Origin: an uncultured delta proteobacterium
GTDB taxonomy: Bacteria > Desulfobacterota > Binatia > UBA9968
DNA length: 64,000 bases
NCBI GenBank assembly: GCA_963745035.1
Contig: CAVUVW010000013.1
Span: forward strand, 1,824,001-1,888,000
Direction of reading: 5' to 3'
The notes under the pieces are model-generated. The model was not told the DNA's origin. It saw only the letters and a list, made by a program, of their open reading frames with translations, and searched no databases. The first letter of the stretch is position 1, and the number at the start of each line of letters is the position of its first letter. Of the stretch, positions 20,163 to 31,663 are shown in pieces. Position numbers and translations under genes: made by a program.

Positions 20163-22628
20163 CTACTGCGGCAGAATTTCGCTGGCAGGTACTTCGTCAA
20201 CTTTATCGGGGAATCCCGGCCCCTCGTCCTTCGACTGCGCATCTACGCTCGCGTTCCGAAATAGACTGGTTGGATCCTCGATCGCCAAAGCCTTCCTCAA
20301 GACTTGGTCCATATGAGAAACCAACTCGATCTCAACGGTTTTGAGCACGGTGGAGGGAATCTCCTCGATATCCTTTTCGTTCTCCGCGGGAATGAGAACT
20401 TTTTTGATTCCCGCACGGTGCGCCGCTAGGACCTTTTCCTTGAGCCCGCCGATGGGGAGCACGTTGCCGCGCAAAGTAATTTCTCCGGTCATCGCGAGAT
20501 CATTGTACACCGGCATTTTCATCAACGCCGAAACCAGCGATGTCGCCATGGTAATTCCCGCCGAGGGGCCGTCTTTCGGAATGGCCCCTTCCGGCACGTG
20601 GATATGCACGTCGAGCTTCTGGTAAAAATCTCGCTCCAGGCCCAGTTCCGCGGCGCGCGAGCGCACATAGCTCATCGCCGCCTGAGCAGATTCCTGCATG
20701 ACATCGCCCAGCTTGCCGGTAATGATGAGTTGCCCCTTGCCGGGCATAATCGTCACCTCGGTCGCTAGCAACTCGCCCCCGAGCTCGGTCCATGCCAAGC
20801 CGGTAGTAACGCCGATTTTGACCTCGGCTTCCGCCTTGCCGTAGCGAAACTTGATCGGACCGAGATACTTGTGCAGGCTCTTCGATCCAACTTGTATGTG
20901 GGCGTTGCGATCTTTGCGCACCACCTCTACGGCCACCTTGCGACAGATCGCGGCGATCTCCCGCTCGAGATTCCGCACACCCGCTTCTTTGGTGTAGTGG
21001 CGGATAACGCCGAGAAGCGCGTTGTCGGTAAACACCACGTTATCGGTGGTCAACCCGTTGGACTCCTTCTGCTTCTCCATCAAATACTTCTTGGCGATAC
21101 TGAGTTTCTCCAGCTCCGTGTAACCGGCGATCCGAATGATCTCCATGCGGTCTTGCAGAGGACGGGGGATCCGGTCCAAGGTATTCGCCGTAGTAATGAA
21201 CATCACTTTGGAAAGATCATAATCGAGATCAAGATAATGATCGTTGAAGCTCGTGTTCTGCTCGGGATCGAGAACCTCCAACAGCGCGGAGGAAGGATCG
21301 CCGCGGAAATCTGTCGACATCTTGTCGATCTCGTCCATCAAAAATACCGGATTGCTGGAACCGGCTTTTTTCATGGACTGAACAATTTTGCCGGGTAAAG
21401 CCCCGATGTAGGTGCGCCGATGGCCGCGAATCTCGGCCTCATCGCGCACGCCGCCGAGCGAAACCCGGACGAATTTTCTGCCTGTCGCTCGCGCAATGGA
21501 ACGTCCCAGCGAGGTTTTGCCGACCCCCGGAGGCCCGACAAGGCAAAGAATCGGTCCTTTGATCTTACCCACCAGGCTCTGCACGGCGAGATATTCGAGG
21601 ATCCGCTCCTTCACTTTCTCGAGCCCGTAGTGATCTTCTTCGAGAACCCGCTCCGCCTCATTGATGTCGAGCTTGTCATCGGTGAACTCGTTCCAAGGCA
21701 GACTGAGAATCCAATCGATGTAATTTCGCACCACCGTCGCTTCCGCCGACATGGGCGACATCATTTTGAGCTTCTTAAGCTCCTTCTCGACCTTGTCCTT
21801 GGCTTCGGCGGACAGTTTTTTCTGTTTGAGCTTTTCTTCAATCTCCTGGATTTCGTTCTTGAACTCGTCCTTCTCGCCGAGCTCTTTCTGGATCGCACGC
21901 ATTTGCTCGTTGAGATAATACTCCTTCTGCGAGCGCTCCATCTGCTTTTTGACCCGCGAGCGAATGCGCCGTTCGACTTCGAGAATCTCGATTTCCGCGC
22001 GCATATGGCCCAGCACTTTTTCCAGGCGTTCCGATGCGTTGAAAGTTTCCAGCAGATTCTGTCGATCTTCCAGTTTAATGCCGAGATGGGCGACGATGGT
22101 ATCCGCCAGCCGTCCGGGATCGTCGATGGACGATACCGACATCACCATTTCCGGCGGAATTTTTTTCTTGAGCTTCACATAGTTTTCGAACGTCGTATGA
22201 ACTTCCCGCACGAGCGCCTCGACCTCGGTATTGCGCTCGACGACTTCCGGAGCCTCCTCAACGTCCACCAAGAAAAAATCGGGATTGGCGACAAAGCGCG
22301 CGACGCGCGCCCGCCTTTTGCCCTCGATTAAGACCTTCACCGTGCCGTCAGGAAGTTTGAGCATCTGTACGACCGATCCCAAGGTGCCGATCTTGTAAAT
22401 GTCCTCCTCGGTCGGATCATTCGTCTTCGCGTCTTTTTGCGATGAAAGAAAGATCAGACTTTGCTTCTGGGTCGCCTCCTCGAGTGCTTTGATCGAGCGC
22501 TGTCTTCCGACGAAGAGCGGCACCACCATATGAGGGAATACGATGATATCTCTCAACGGCAGCAGAGGAACCCGCACTGGACCCGCCCCCGGTTCTCGCT
22601 CGTCCTTTTTTTCGTTCCGAAATAGCAT
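20163..22628 (-). CDS. lon: ATP-dependent Lon protease
   Basis: GPPGVGKTS Walker A, PKDGPSAG catalytic Ser, GGLKEK. Confidence 0.98.
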   Translation of the reverse strand: MLFRNEKKDEREPGAGPVRVPLLPLRDIIVFPHMVVPLFVGRQRSIKALEEATQKQSLIFLSSQKDAKTNDPTEEDIYKIGTLGSVVQMLKLPDGTVKVLIEGKRRARVARFVANPDFFLVDVEEAPEVVERNTEVEALVREVHTTFENYVKLKKKIPPEMVMSVSSIDDPGRLADTIVAHLGIKLEDRQNLLETFNASERLEKVLGHMRAEIEILEVERRIRSRVKKQMERSQKEYYLNEQMRAIQKELGEKDEFKNEIQEIEEKLKQKKLSAEAKDKVEKELKKLKMMSPMSAEATVVRNYIDWILSLPWNEFTDDKLDINEAERVLEEDHYGLEKVKERILEYLAVQSLVGKIKGPILCLVGPPGVGKTSLGRSIARATGRKFVRVSLGGVRDEAEIRGHRRTYIGALPGKIVQSMKKAGSSNPVFLMDEIDKMSTDFRGDPSSALLEVLDPEQNTSFNDHYLDLDYDLSKVMFITTANTLDRIPRPLQDRMEIIRIAGYTELEKLSIAKKYLMEKQKESNGLTTDNVVFTDNALLGVIRHYTKEAGVRNLEREIAAICRKVAVEVVRKDRNAHIQVGSKSLHKYLGPIKFRYGKAEAEVKIGVTTGLAWTELGGELLATEVTIMPGKGQLIITGKLGDVMQESAQAAMSYVRSRAAELGLERDFYQKLDVHIHVPEGAIPKDGPSAGITMATSLVSALMKMPVYNDLAMTGEITLRGNVLPIGGLKEKVLAAHRAGIKKVLIPAENEKDIEEIPSTVLKTVEIELVSHMDQVLRKALAIEDPTSLFRNASVDAQSKDEGPGFPDKVDEVPASEILPQ

Positions 22629-22642
22629 AGGGAAATCCCCTC

Positions 22643-23896
22643 CTAAGCGCTCTCTGCAGCCTTGGTGTATACGACGATCGGAGGTTCATGTCTTTCTACC
22701 ACGTCCTCTGAAATCACCACTTCCTTAATATTGGGCTGAGAGGGCATGTCGTACATGATATCCAACATGATGTTTTCCATGATCGCGCGCAAGCCCCGCG
22801 CGCCTGACTTCCGTTTCATGGCATCGCGGGCGATTGCTCGCAGCGCCTCTTCGGTGAATTTCAGGTGCACGGATTCCATTTCAAACAGCTTCGAGTACTG
22901 CTTTGTCAAAGCGTTTTTCGGTTCTTTCAAAATACGCATCAAAGCCGATTCATCCAGCTCTTCCAAGGTCGCGATCACCGGTAACCGGCCGATAAATTCC
23001 GGAATAAGCCCGAACTTCAGCAAATCCTCGGTCTGTACGCCATGTAAAAGATCCGTGGGTCGCCGGCCGTCCTTGTCCTCGAGCTGGCCGCCAAACCCCA
23101 TGCGCTTGCGCCCGGTACGTTTGCGGATGATGTCGTCCAACCCGACAAACGCGCCGCCGCAAATAAAAAGAATATTGGTGGTGTCGACCTGGAGAAATTC
23201 CTGCTGCGGGTGCTTTCTCCCGCCTTTGGGCGGCACGCTCGCCATCGTGCCTTCGATAATTTTGAGCAGCGCCTGCTGCACGCCTTCTCCGGATACGTCT
23301 CGGGTGATCGAAGGATTGTCCGACTTGCGCGAGATCTTGTCGATCTCATCGATATAGACGATCCCGCGCTGAGCTTTTTCGACGTCGTAATCGGCCGCTT
23401 GGAGAAGATTCAGGATAATATTTTCGACGTCCTCCCCAACGTATCCTGCCTCCGTCAGGCTGGTTGCGTCGGCGATGGTGAACGGTACTTGAAGAAATCG
23501 CGCCAGGGTCTGCGCCAAAAGCGTCTTTCCCGAGCCGGTCGGTCCGAGAAGCAGAATATTGCTCTTTTGCAGCTCGACTTCGCCCGTCACCAGCTGGCTG
23601 TCGATGCGCTTGTAATGATTATGCACGGCGACGGCGAGAATCTTTTTGGCGCGTTCCTGGCCGATGACGTACTGATCGAGCACGCGCTTGATCTCCATCG
23701 GCTTGGGAACGTTCGACGATGAGCTGATGGTTTCGTCGTGATCGCACTCCTCGGCGATAATGTCGTTGCAGAGATCGATGCATTCATCGCAAATGTAAAC
23801 GGTCGGACCCGCGATCAGCTTACGAACCTCGTCCTGGCTCTTGCCACAGAAAGAGCACACGAGATTTCCCGATCCGTGTTCACCGTGTTTTGCCAT
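22643..23896 (-). CDS. clpX: Clp protease ATPase ClpX
   Basis: Starts MAKHGEH; CSFCGK...CDEC Zn finger, [14 protein letters not shown]. The longer track ORF includes out-of-frame clpP sequence. Confidence 0.98.
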   Translation of the reverse strand: MAKHGEHGSGNLVCSFCGKSQDEVRKLIAGPTVYICDECIDLCNDIIAEECDHDETISSSSNVPKPMEIKRVLDQYVIGQERAKKILAVAVHNHYKRIDSQLVTGEVELQKSNILLLGPTGSGKTLLAQTLARFLQVPFTIADATSLTEAGYVGEDVENIILNLLQAADYDVEKAQRGIVYIDEIDKISRKSDNPSITRDVSGEGVQQALLKIIEGTMASVPPKGGRKHPQQEFLQVDTTNILFICGGAFVGLDDIIRKRTGRKRMGFGGQLEDKDGRRPTDLLHGVQTEDLLKFGLIPEFIGRLPVIATLEELDESALMRILKEPKNALTKQYSKLFEMESVHLKFTEEALRAIARDAMKRKSGARGLRAIMENIMLDIMYDMPSQPNIKEVVISEDVVERHEPPIVVYTKAAESA

Positions 23897-23916
23897 AGTA
23901 CCCCCGGTTCGACGAA

Positions 23917-24524
23917 CTACGCCTTCCTGACAGTGGAATCGGGTCGGGCTGCGATCACCTCGTCGACCAAACCGTATTCCTGGGCTTGCTTCCCGGTCAT
24001 GAACATGTCGCGGTCCGTATCTTTCTCGATCTTCTTTGAGGCTCTGTCCGGTGTGCCTCATGAGAATATTGTTCAATTCTTCGCGCATGCGCAATATCTC
24101 GCGCGCTTGAATATCGATATCGGCGGCGGGCCCTTGGAAACCGCCGAGCGGCTGGTGAATCATAATGCGCGAATGCGGCAGGGCAATATCGTTTTCCCTT
24201 GCTTCCGGCCGCCAGGAGCACCGCGCCCATGCTCGCCGCCTGCCCGACGCACACCGTGGAAATCTGCGGGCGGATATACTGCATGGTGTCATAGATGGCT
24301 AAACCCGCGGTGACCGAGCCGCCCGGACTATTGATGTAAAAGAAAATATCGCGCTCGGGGTCTTCGGATTCGAGAAAGAGGAGCTGCGCGGCGATGAGAT
24401 TGGCGACTTCGTCGGTTACGACGGAGCCCAAAAAGACTATGCGATCCTTTAGGAGACGCGAGAAAATGTCATAGGCTCGCTCACCACGCCCGGTTTGTTC
24501 GACAACGATGGGGATAAAATTCAT
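23917..24524 (-). CDS. clpP: Clp protease proteolytic subunit ClpP with two +1 indels (~24187, ~24036)
   Basis: [25 protein letters not shown]; continues RIMIHQP in a second frame and [12 protein letters not shown] in a third; span 608 = 606+2 nt. Confidence 0.93.
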
Positions 24525-24557
24525 ATGGGAGCAAACCCCTCGATCACGAAAAGCATT

Positions 24558-25874
24558 CTAGCTTTTTTCGGCCTCTTCATCAACCTGAGAAATCGGCAAA
24601 TCGACTTCCTTGATGTGCGCCCGTTCGAGCAAAAACTCGACCGCGCGATCGAACGCCAATTGTGCGTGCAACTCGTCGCGTGCGTCCGGCCGCGCGTAGA
24701 ATTCGCGAAGCGCTTTGCCCCGCTCCGAGGCGGCCCGCGCCAAGGCATCGACCCGCTCCTGAACCTCTTTCTCGCCGATCTCGATCTTTTCAAGCTGGGC
24801 GATTTTTTCCACCAGGAGCGTCGCCTGCACTTGCCGCGTGGCGCGCGCTTCGAGAGTCTTTTTCGCCTCCTCGACCGGCGGCGCCGCTTCGCCGGCTTGC
24901 GCCGCGATTTGACGCTGATAGCGCTCCATCAGATAGCGTGTCTGGCGCTCGACCATGGACGGCGGCACCGTGAACGGATGCGCCTCGATCAAGCGGCTGA
25001 TGATTTTTTCCTTAAGCTCCTCGTCTTGATAGCGCTTGAGCTCGTCCGTGAGACGGCCGCGCAGGCGTTCTCTCAATTCATCGAGCGAAGCGCACTCGCC
25101 GTGATCTTTGGCGAATTCGTCGTCGAGCGTCGGTAAAACTTTTTGCTTGAGTTCTCGCGCCGTCAGCGAGAAATCGACGGCTTTGTCGGCGATCTCTTTG
25201 TTTGGATAATTCTCCGGGTAACGCACTTGCGCGCTCTGCGGCTCGTTGATTTTGAGCCCCACCACCGCCTCCTCGAACTGCGGCAGCGTGTGTCCGGCGC
25301 CGACCTCGAGAGTGTAATTCTCTCCCTTGCCCCCAGCGAAGGGTTTGCCGTCCACCGCGCCATCGAAATCGAGGGTGACGAAATCACCGCGCTGCACGAC
25401 GTCGCGCTCGGTTACGGGCTCCAGCCGCGCGTGGCTTTCTTGGAGACGCCGTAGCGCGTCCTCTACTTGCGCATCGCTGATCGAGAGTTTCGCCTTCTCT
25501 ACTTCGATACCGAGATAATCATGAACAGCGATTTCCGGCTTGACTTCAAACACTGCCGAAAAAGTAAAGCCGCCGCTTTCGGACAGATCGTCGGCCTCGA
25601 CTTCGGGGCGCGAAACGATCTGCAGGCCGCGCTCCCGGATAATCTCTCCGAGCGATTCTTCCACCAGGTGCGATCGCACTTCGCCTTTCACTTCGTCGCC
25701 GTAAATGCCCTGCAACACGCTGCGCGGGATTTTGCCGGTGCGAAACCCCTTGACGCGAACGCGCCGACCGAGACTGCTGTAAACGCGGGAAAATTCGCCG
25801 GCGACAGTTTCCACCGGAAGCTCCACGCGAACTTTCCGCTGCACTGAGCTCAGCTCATCGATGTCAATTTTCAT
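24558..25874 (-). CDS. tig: Trigger factor
   Basis: GFRTGKIP ribosome-binding motif, FKBP domain; precedes clpP. Confidence 0.96.
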   Translation of the reverse strand: MKIDIDELSSVQRKVRVELPVETVAGEFSRVYSSLGRRVRVKGFRTGKIPRSVLQGIYGDEVKGEVRSHLVEESLGEIIRERGLQIVSRPEVEADDLSESGGFTFSAVFEVKPEIAVHDYLGIEVEKAKLSISDAQVEDALRRLQESHARLEPVTERDVVQRGDFVTLDFDGAVDGKPFAGGKGENYTLEVGAGHTLPQFEEAVVGLKINEPQSAQVRYPENYPNKEIADKAVDFSLTARELKQKVLPTLDDEFAKDHGECASLDELRERLRGRLTDELKRYQDEELKEKIISRLIEAHPFTVPPSMVERQTRYLMERYQRQIAAQAGEAAPPVEEAKKTLEARATRQVQATLLVEKIAQLEKIEIGEKEVQERVDALARAASERGKALREFYARPDARDELHAQLAFDRAVEFLLERAHIKEVDLPISQVDEEAEKS

Positions 25875-25974
25875 GTTCTCTGTCCCGCGCATCCTTCATC
25901 ATTCATCATTTGTTGCATCATTTGTAGAGAGATCAAGCGCGTTGTGCACTTGTAGTAAACCCCGACTCAGGCGT

Positions 25975-26057
25975 TGGTGCGAGAGGGGGGACTCGAACCC
26001 CCACGGTTGCCCGCTAGATCCTAAGTCTAGTGCGTCTGCCAGTTCCGCCACTCTCGC
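25975..26057 (-). tRNA. tRNA-Leu (TAG)
   Basis: GCGAGAGTGGCGGAACTGG...CTAGA-CTTAGGA-TCTAG, variable arm, CCA. Confidence 0.97.
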
Positions 26058-26102
26058 GCCGTCCGCTCACGCAATAAATATCGATATTTCAATCGACCTG
26101 CA

Positions 26103-26130
26103 GAGTAAAAATTACCCGCAGGCATGTCAA
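26103..26130 (-). promoter_or_regulatory. Putative promoter of tRNA-Leu-tig
   Basis: TTGACA-16 nt-TACTCT. Confidence 0.4.
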
Positions 26131-26427
26131 GCGTTGTCGGGCGAAATCGACCCACCGTGCTGATCCCCGGCACTCCGGCGTGACATTCGCCTGACGACAC
26201 GCCGCTTAATGATCGTCGAGCGTGTTCCGATCGATGAAGCTCAGTGTGGCGGATCGTTCGACGAATCTCTTTTAGGTTACGCTTCAAGCTCAGAGGACAT
26301 AAGTGTGAGACAACGGCCTACCGACGAACTACAGCAAGCATTTTGAGGTGTTCATGCGCGAGCTTCTTCGCGGCTCGCGCAGTCGCCGAGCGCGAGCGAT
26401 TCATTGGCGTTGGTCGATACTTTGCCG

Positions 26428-26742
26428 CTAAACCGCGCTGCATTCGCGGCAGGGACAGAGGGCGCGCAAATAGTCGAACGTGTAAATGCCCGTGCTGTGG
26501 CCGTCGTGCCAATGCATTTCGACGGCGTAGTTGCCGACCGCGCATATTTCCAGCAATTTCGCGTCTGGCGCCGCGTTGAATCGCCGCTGCGCGCCATGGC
26601 CCTGACATAGAGCGCAGGGGCAGTAGCCGCGCAGGTAGGTCTCGTCGTATTCGCCCACGTGTCCGTCGTCCCAGGTGACGCGCACGACGCCGCGTGACTT
26701 AATATGGTTGATTTCAGTCGGATAAGAATTGGCCATCGTCAT
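26428..26742 (-). CDS. DUF971 / GBBH-like N-terminal domain protein
   Basis: WDDGH...YLRGYCPCALC...VGNYAVEMHWHDGHSTGIYTFDYLR. Confidence 0.88.
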   Translation of the reverse strand: MTMANSYPTEINHIKSRGVVRVTWDDGHVGEYDETYLRGYCPCALCQGHGAQRRFNAAPDAKLLEICAVGNYAVEMHWHDGHSTGIYTFDYLRALCPCRECSAV

Positions 26743-26756
26743 TGATGCAAATGCAA

Positions 26757-27263
26757 TCAGCCATCGCGAATGGCCGAGATAAAGCCGATTTTCGCACGGT
26801 TGATCAGAAACGTACGCGAGCCAATTTCCTCCCGCCCAACGAGCGTTGCTTCAGTGATTGGCAGAAACCGGCTCTGTTCCATCAGGATTTCGTCGAGTCC
26901 GCTGCCGGGGCGCAAATGCGCGATGCCCTGCAGAAGATAGGGACCGACGGCAAGAAATGCTTTGTTTTGATCCTTCTTTACGAACGCCGCACGCAAACCG
27001 GCGCTCCGATTCTCCGCGGTCAAATCGGCAATCAAAAAAACTTCCTGCATATAGATGAGGTATTCGTCGGCGGCCGTTTTTATCGCCGAGCCGCCGGCGG
27101 CTTCGACCGTCGCTTCCGTCAAAGAAAACACTTCGTCACCTTGCCGGATCATCAGATAGTTGCTCAATCGTTCCTGACTGGTCTGGAGAACGCCGCGCAC
27201 CACCGCCGCCTGAAGATAAACCTCCAGGTGCATCGTGTAAGTAAAGCGCGTATCCGCGGCCAT
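26757..27263 (-). CDS. Hypothetical protein with two similar halves (DUF6812-like)
   Basis: 168 aa with RBS; halves share SLTEATV/PITEATL and YLIY/FLIN. Confidence 0.6.
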   Translation of the reverse strand: MAADTRFTYTMHLEVYLQAAVVRGVLQTSQERLSNYLMIRQGDEVFSLTEATVEAAGGSAIKTAADEYLIYMQEVFLIADLTAENRSAGLRAAFVKKDQNKAFLAVGPYLLQGIAHLRPGSGLDEILMEQSRFLPITEATLVGREEIGSRTFLINRAKIGFISAIRDG

Positions 27264-27298
27264 GCGTTATGCTCGGCTCCCTTGCTGTTCGGATTATC

Positions 27299-28066
27299 TC
27301 ACCCAAAGTTGGGCTTAACAACATGAAAGCGGCGCCCAACGCCCGCGCGCGTAATCACGGAGAGGGAAAAAAGCTTCTGGCGATCAACGACGCAGGACTG
27401 CGCCACCAATCCCGCGACCTGGGCGAAACCGGGGATGGCGGCGACGACCGAGTTTGCCAGGATCCGCGCAAGTACCGGCTCCATGACTTCGCCCAGCTCC
27501 AAGTCTTCGACGTTCTGTGCCACAAATGCCGCGGCAGCGACATTGCCGTAGAGCGACAGCAAATCGGTGAGAGCGGGACGCTGCCAATAAAAATGAGCGA
27601 TCAGCCAGCAGGCGGCATTGGTTCACCACAACCATCAGGCCATCGAGGCGGCCGGACTGCAAACAGCCGTGCTGACAAAAACGATGGTCGCCGCTTCTAC
27701 CGTCCGCTGGCGTGCGAGTTGACCAAGCTCCGCCAGGGCGCGGTCGACTGTCTCAGCGGTGACCTGGCGGTGGCTCAAGTTTTTATTCCCGCACAGCCGC
27801 CGCGCCAGCTTTTCCAAATAGGTCTTTTGTGCGTGTGCGTCTTCGGCGGAGGGAGGCGCAAGTCCCCTCGGCAATCGCAGAACGGTAACGATCGGGACGA
27901 GGATGCACAGCGCGTAGAGAGCGAGTAGAAACCAAAGCAGCGCCCGCCTCGCCTGTGGGTTCATCGTGCTCACAAGCGCCACCACTTCCCGCGTCTCGCG
28001 CGCGATGATGAGCGCGACCGCCACGATAAAGAGAATCGAGATGGGGATGAGAACGCGCTTGACCAC
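27299..28066 (-). pseudogene. YcjF/DUF697-like membrane protein, multiply frameshifted
   Basis: Two N-terminal TMs, then STAV/MQSGRLDGLMV and LLSLYGNVAAAAFVAQNVEDL spread over three frames. Confidence 0.55.
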
Positions 28067-28275
28067 GATGGATTGAGGATATTTTAACTTTGTCGGCAGC
28101 GGCAACGCGCCGTGCCGGCTTGGTGGATGGGTCTCGCCCACAGCTCCCGTGTGAGCTGTCGTTTGTCGGCGCGCAGTGGTACGTCGATAACCCGTTTGCT
28201 CTAATTCGAACGCCTATCCAAGGCGGATTAATCAACGCCAGAGATCTTAACAGGCAGCGCCTAGAGCGGAAAAAA

Positions 28276-28351
<76 letters not shown>

Positions 28352-28366
28352 ATGCGCCGGATAAAA

Positions 28367-28428
28367 CCGAGGATGGAAGATGAGAGGATCGGGGTCGCGA
28401 TCTTCCATCGTCTATCCTCGATCCTCGG
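28367..28428. repeat. Inverted array of 7-nt repeats (CGAGGAT family)
   Basis: CGAGGAT GGAAGAT GAGAGGAT / ATCTTCC ATCGTCT ATCCTCG ATCCTCG. Confidence 0.75.
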
Positions 28429-28437
28429 ATTTTTCAA

Positions 28438-28514
28438 TGGGGTGAGTGAAGGGATTTGAACCCTCAACCCCTGGAGCCACAGTCCAGTGCTCTAACCGTT
28501 GAGCTACACTCACC
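28438..28514 (-). tRNA. tRNA-His (GTG)
   Basis: G-1 GTGAGTG...CTGGA-CTGTGGC-TCCAG...CACCCCA. Confidence 0.97.
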
Positions 28515-28534
28515 GCAAATTTCAAGGCCAAGCT

Positions 28535-28611
28535 TGGCGCGCCAGAAGGGATTCGAACCCCTGACCTACGGCTTAGAAGGCCGTTGCTCTATCCAGCTGA
28601 GCTACTGGCGC
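28535..28611 (-). tRNA. tRNA-Arg (TCT)
   Basis: GCGCCAG...ACGGC-CTTCTAA-GCCGT...GCGCGCCA. Confidence 0.97.
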
Positions 28612-28623
28612 CCAATGGAGCAA

Positions 28624-28700
28624 CGAGTGCCGAGAATCGAGAGGAAATTTCATCCCTGCTTGAAATGACCCGGCACTCGCAACTCATCACTCGGCACTCG
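28624..28700. repeat. Inverted array of 7-nt repeats (CGGCACT family)
   Basis: CGAGTGCCGAG ... CGGCACT CGCAACT CATCACT CGGCACT CG. Confidence 0.6.
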
Positions 28701-28704
28701 CGGA

Positions 28705-28781
28705 TGGTCGGGGCGAGAAGATTTGAACTTCCGACCCCCTGCGCCCAAGGCAGGTGCGCTACCAGGCTGCGCTACGCCCCG
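28705..28781 (-). tRNA. tRNA-Pro (TGG)
   Basis: CGGGGCG...CCTGC-CTTGGGC-GCAGG...CCCCGACCA. Confidence 0.97.
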
Positions 28782-28820
28782 TCAAACGACCGAGTCATTC
28801 TACATGCGAAGCGGATGAAA

Positions 28821-29441
28821 TCAAGGTTTTACGGGCAAATCAATGAGCGCCGGAAGCGCGGCCACGAGCTTGGCAAGCGCCTTGCCGCGATGACTCACGG
28901 TCGCCTTCACATCGCGCTCGATTTCACCGAAGGTCTTGCCGAACGGCGGAAAGAAAAACAGCGGATCGTAGCCGAAGCCTTGGCTGCCCTGCAACGCCAA
29001 GGCGATTCGCCCCTCGCAGGATTCGCGCGCAGTCCATTCCTTGACCCCGTCAATTCTCGGCGCGCAGAGCGCCAGCGCGCAGACAAAGCGCGCAGACCGT
29101 TTGGCTTCCGGGACGCTCGCCAACTCGCGCAGCAGCTTCCGGTTGTTGCGATCGTCGTCCGCCTCCGCCCCGGCGTAGCGCGCGGAGTAGATTCCCGGCG
29201 CGCCGCCCAGAGCGTCCACTTCCAAGCCGGAATCATCCGCCAAGGTAGCCACGCCGGAAAACTGCGCCAGCGTGCGCGCCTTCTTGAGCGCGTTTGCCTC
29301 GAATGTCTCGCCGTCTTCGACGACCGCAGGTGGTTGCGCGATGCTCTGCAGAGAGCGAATGCGCAAGGGAAGATCCCGGAGATGCGCCTGCACCTCGGCA
29401 AATTTCCCCGGATTGGTCGTTGCTACCAGAAGATCGATCAC
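28821..29441 (-). CDS. rdgB: XTP/dITP diphosphatase (Ham1 family)
   Basis: ATTNPGK, ADDSGLEVDAL, GFGYDPLF, SHRG. Confidence 0.96.
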   Translation of the reverse strand: MIDLLVATTNPGKFAEVQAHLRDLPLRIRSLQSIAQPPAVVEDGETFEANALKKARTLAQFSGVATLADDSGLEVDALGGAPGIYSARYAGAEADDDRNNRKLLRELASVPEAKRSARFVCALALCAPRIDGVKEWTARESCEGRIALALQGSQGFGYDPLFFFPPFGKTFGEIERDVKATVSHRGKALAKLVAALPALIDLPVKP

Positions 29442-29450
29442 ACCAGAATG

Positions 29451-30170
29451 CTAGAGGGCGGCGATCACTTTTTTCTGCGCTTTGAGCAGTTCTCTGATGC
29501 CCTGCTGGGCGATTTCGGCCATGCGCTCCATTTGTTTCTTGGTAAACGGCGCGCTTTCGGCGGTGCCTTGGACTTCGATGAACTTGCCCGATCCGGTCAT
29601 GACGAAATTCATATCGACATCGGCCTTGCTGTCTTCGGCGTAGCAAAGGTCCAAAAGAATTTTTCCCTCGATCATGCCGATGCTCACCGCCGCCACCGAG
29701 TCTTTCACCGGAGCGGCGCTGACAAGGCCGCGTTCGCGCCACTTGTGCGCGGCCTGCGCGAGCGCGATGTAGGCGCCGGTGATCGACGCCGTGCGCGTGC
29801 CGCCGTCGGCCTGAATGACGTCGCAATCGATCCACGCCGTGCGTTCGCCCAGGCTTTTCAAGTCGGCGATCGCGCGCAGGCTGCGGCCGATCAATCGCTG
29901 GATCTCGTGGGTGCGCCCGCCGACTTTGCCGCGCGACGATTCGCGGCCGATGCGCTGCTCGGAAGAGCCGGGCAGCATGCCGTACTCGGCGGTAATCCAG
30001 CCTTTGCCGCTGTTGCGTAAAAACGGTGGCACGCGCTCCTCGAGCTTCGCCGTGCAGATCACTTTGGTGTCGCCCATTTCAATCAAGACCGATCCGTCGG
30101 CGGTTTTGATATAGCTTGGCGTGATCGTCAGCGGGCGCAGCTCTGTCGGTTTTCGTCCGTCCGTCCTCAT
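29451..30170 (-). CDS. rph: Ribonuclease PH
   Basis: [35 protein letters not shown]. Confidence 0.97.
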   Translation of the reverse strand: MRTDGRKPTELRPLTITPSYIKTADGSVLIEMGDTKVICTAKLEERVPPFLRNSGKGWITAEYGMLPGSSEQRIGRESSRGKVGGRTHEIQRLIGRSLRAIADLKSLGERTAWIDCDVIQADGGTRTASITGAYIALAQAAHKWRERGLVSAAPVKDSVAAVSIGMIEGKILLDLCYAEDSKADVDMNFVMTGSGKFIEVQGTAESAPFTKKQMERMAEIAQQGIRELLKAQKKVIAAL

Positions 30171-30242
30171 GCGCTTAATCGTGGAAAATGCCAATCCCGT
30201 CGTTCTTTCTGCCGCGTCCTGCCTCACGCCGCGCTTCCTGAT

Positions 30243-31663
30243 CTAGCTATTCAGATGAAACACCACCATTTTCAATTCCGTCATCTCCTCGACGGCATAC
30301 TTCGGTCCCTCTTTGCCGAAGCCCGAGTCTTTCAAACCGCCGTAGGGCATCAGATCGACGCGCCACTGCGAGCCCCAGTTGACGTGCAGATTGCCGGCTT
30401 CCGCTTCGCGGGCGAACTTCATCGCCCATTCGACGTTTTCCGTAAAGATGCCGGCGGCCAAACCGTAAACGCTGTCGTTTGCCAACGCGATCGCCTCTTC
30501 GATGGTATTCGAACGGTGTTACCGCGACCGCCGGCCCGAACAACTCGTCGCGCGAGATGCGCATGTCGGGATGCACGTCGGCGACGACCGCCGGCATATA
30601 GATGGCGCCTCGTCTGCCGCCTCCCGCGACCAAACGCGCGCCGCCGCCGACCGCTTCGTTGACCCAGTCATCGACCCGCGCCGCCTCGCTCTCTTTGACC
30701 ATCGGGCCGACTTTGGATTTTTCGTCCAGTTGATTGCCGGTCGCAAGCCCTTCGACTCTAGGCTTCAGCGCGCCGAGGAAATCGCCGTAAATCTTTTTCG
30801 CCGTCAGCACCCGCTGCGTCGAGATGCAAGTCTGGCCGGCATTGCCGTAACCGGTCATCGCAATCACCGCGGACACTTTTTCGAGGTCCGCATCAGGCAT
30901 GACGATCACCGGACTGTTCGAACCGAGCTCCATGGTGACTTTTTTTATGCCGGCGGTGCGGCAGATCCGATCGCCGACCTCGCGGCTGCCCGTAAACGTC
31001 ACTTTGCGCACCCGGCGATCGGCGACCAGAGCATCGCCGATCTCGCCGCCCGATCCGGTAAGGCACTGAATGCCCTCCGGCGGCAAGCCCGACTCCAATA
31101 GTATTTCCGTGAGCTTGATGGCTGACAATGGTGTATCTGACGCGGGTTTAACGATGACCGTATTCCCTGCGGCAAGCGCCGGCCCGACCTTGTGGCAGAC
31201 TAAATTGAGCGGAAAGTTGAACGGCGCGATCGCCGCCACGACGCCGCACGGGACACGCAACGTAAATCCGAGCTTCTTGCCGCCGGTCGGATCGGCGTCG
31301 AGCGGCACCGTCTCGCCGTGAATCCGTTTGGCCTCTTCGGCCGAGCCCATCATGGTTTCCACCGCGCGGCTCGCTTCGCCCCGTCCTTCGGCGATGATCT
31401 TTCCCTCTTCCTGGGAAATCGTTTGTCCCAACTCCTCGTTGCGCGTCGCCATGCAAATCGGCCGCTTTGCGCAAAATCTTCCAGCGCTCGTAAGCCGAGA
31501 GTTTCGCCATGACCTTGGCGCCGCGCTCGGCAAAGGCGAGAGCTTTCTCCAGATCGCCGGAGTCTGCCTTGGGAACAGTGTCGATGACGGAATGATCGAA
31601 TGGATTTCTCACCTCGATTTTCTTCGCTTTATCGACCCACTCGCCGGCAATAAAGTTCTTCAC
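30243..31663 (-). CDS. Aldehyde dehydrogenase with two frameshifts (~31455, ~30505)
   Basis: PFNFP, FTGS, MELGSN, GQTCIS, ELFGP, PYGGLKDSG across three frames. Confidence 0.85.

Noticed and set aside
22643-24292. 549-aa apparent ClpP-ClpX fusion ORF
   Set aside because: Produced by indels in clpP; clpX has its own start at 23896.
26060-26427. Short ORFs or ncRNA in the spacer upstream of tRNA-Leu
   Set aside because: No recognisable motif, RBS or RNA family; nothing supportable beyond a promoter.
28584-30020. 478-aa + strand ORF
   Set aside because: Antisense to tRNAs, rdgB and rph; no motifs.
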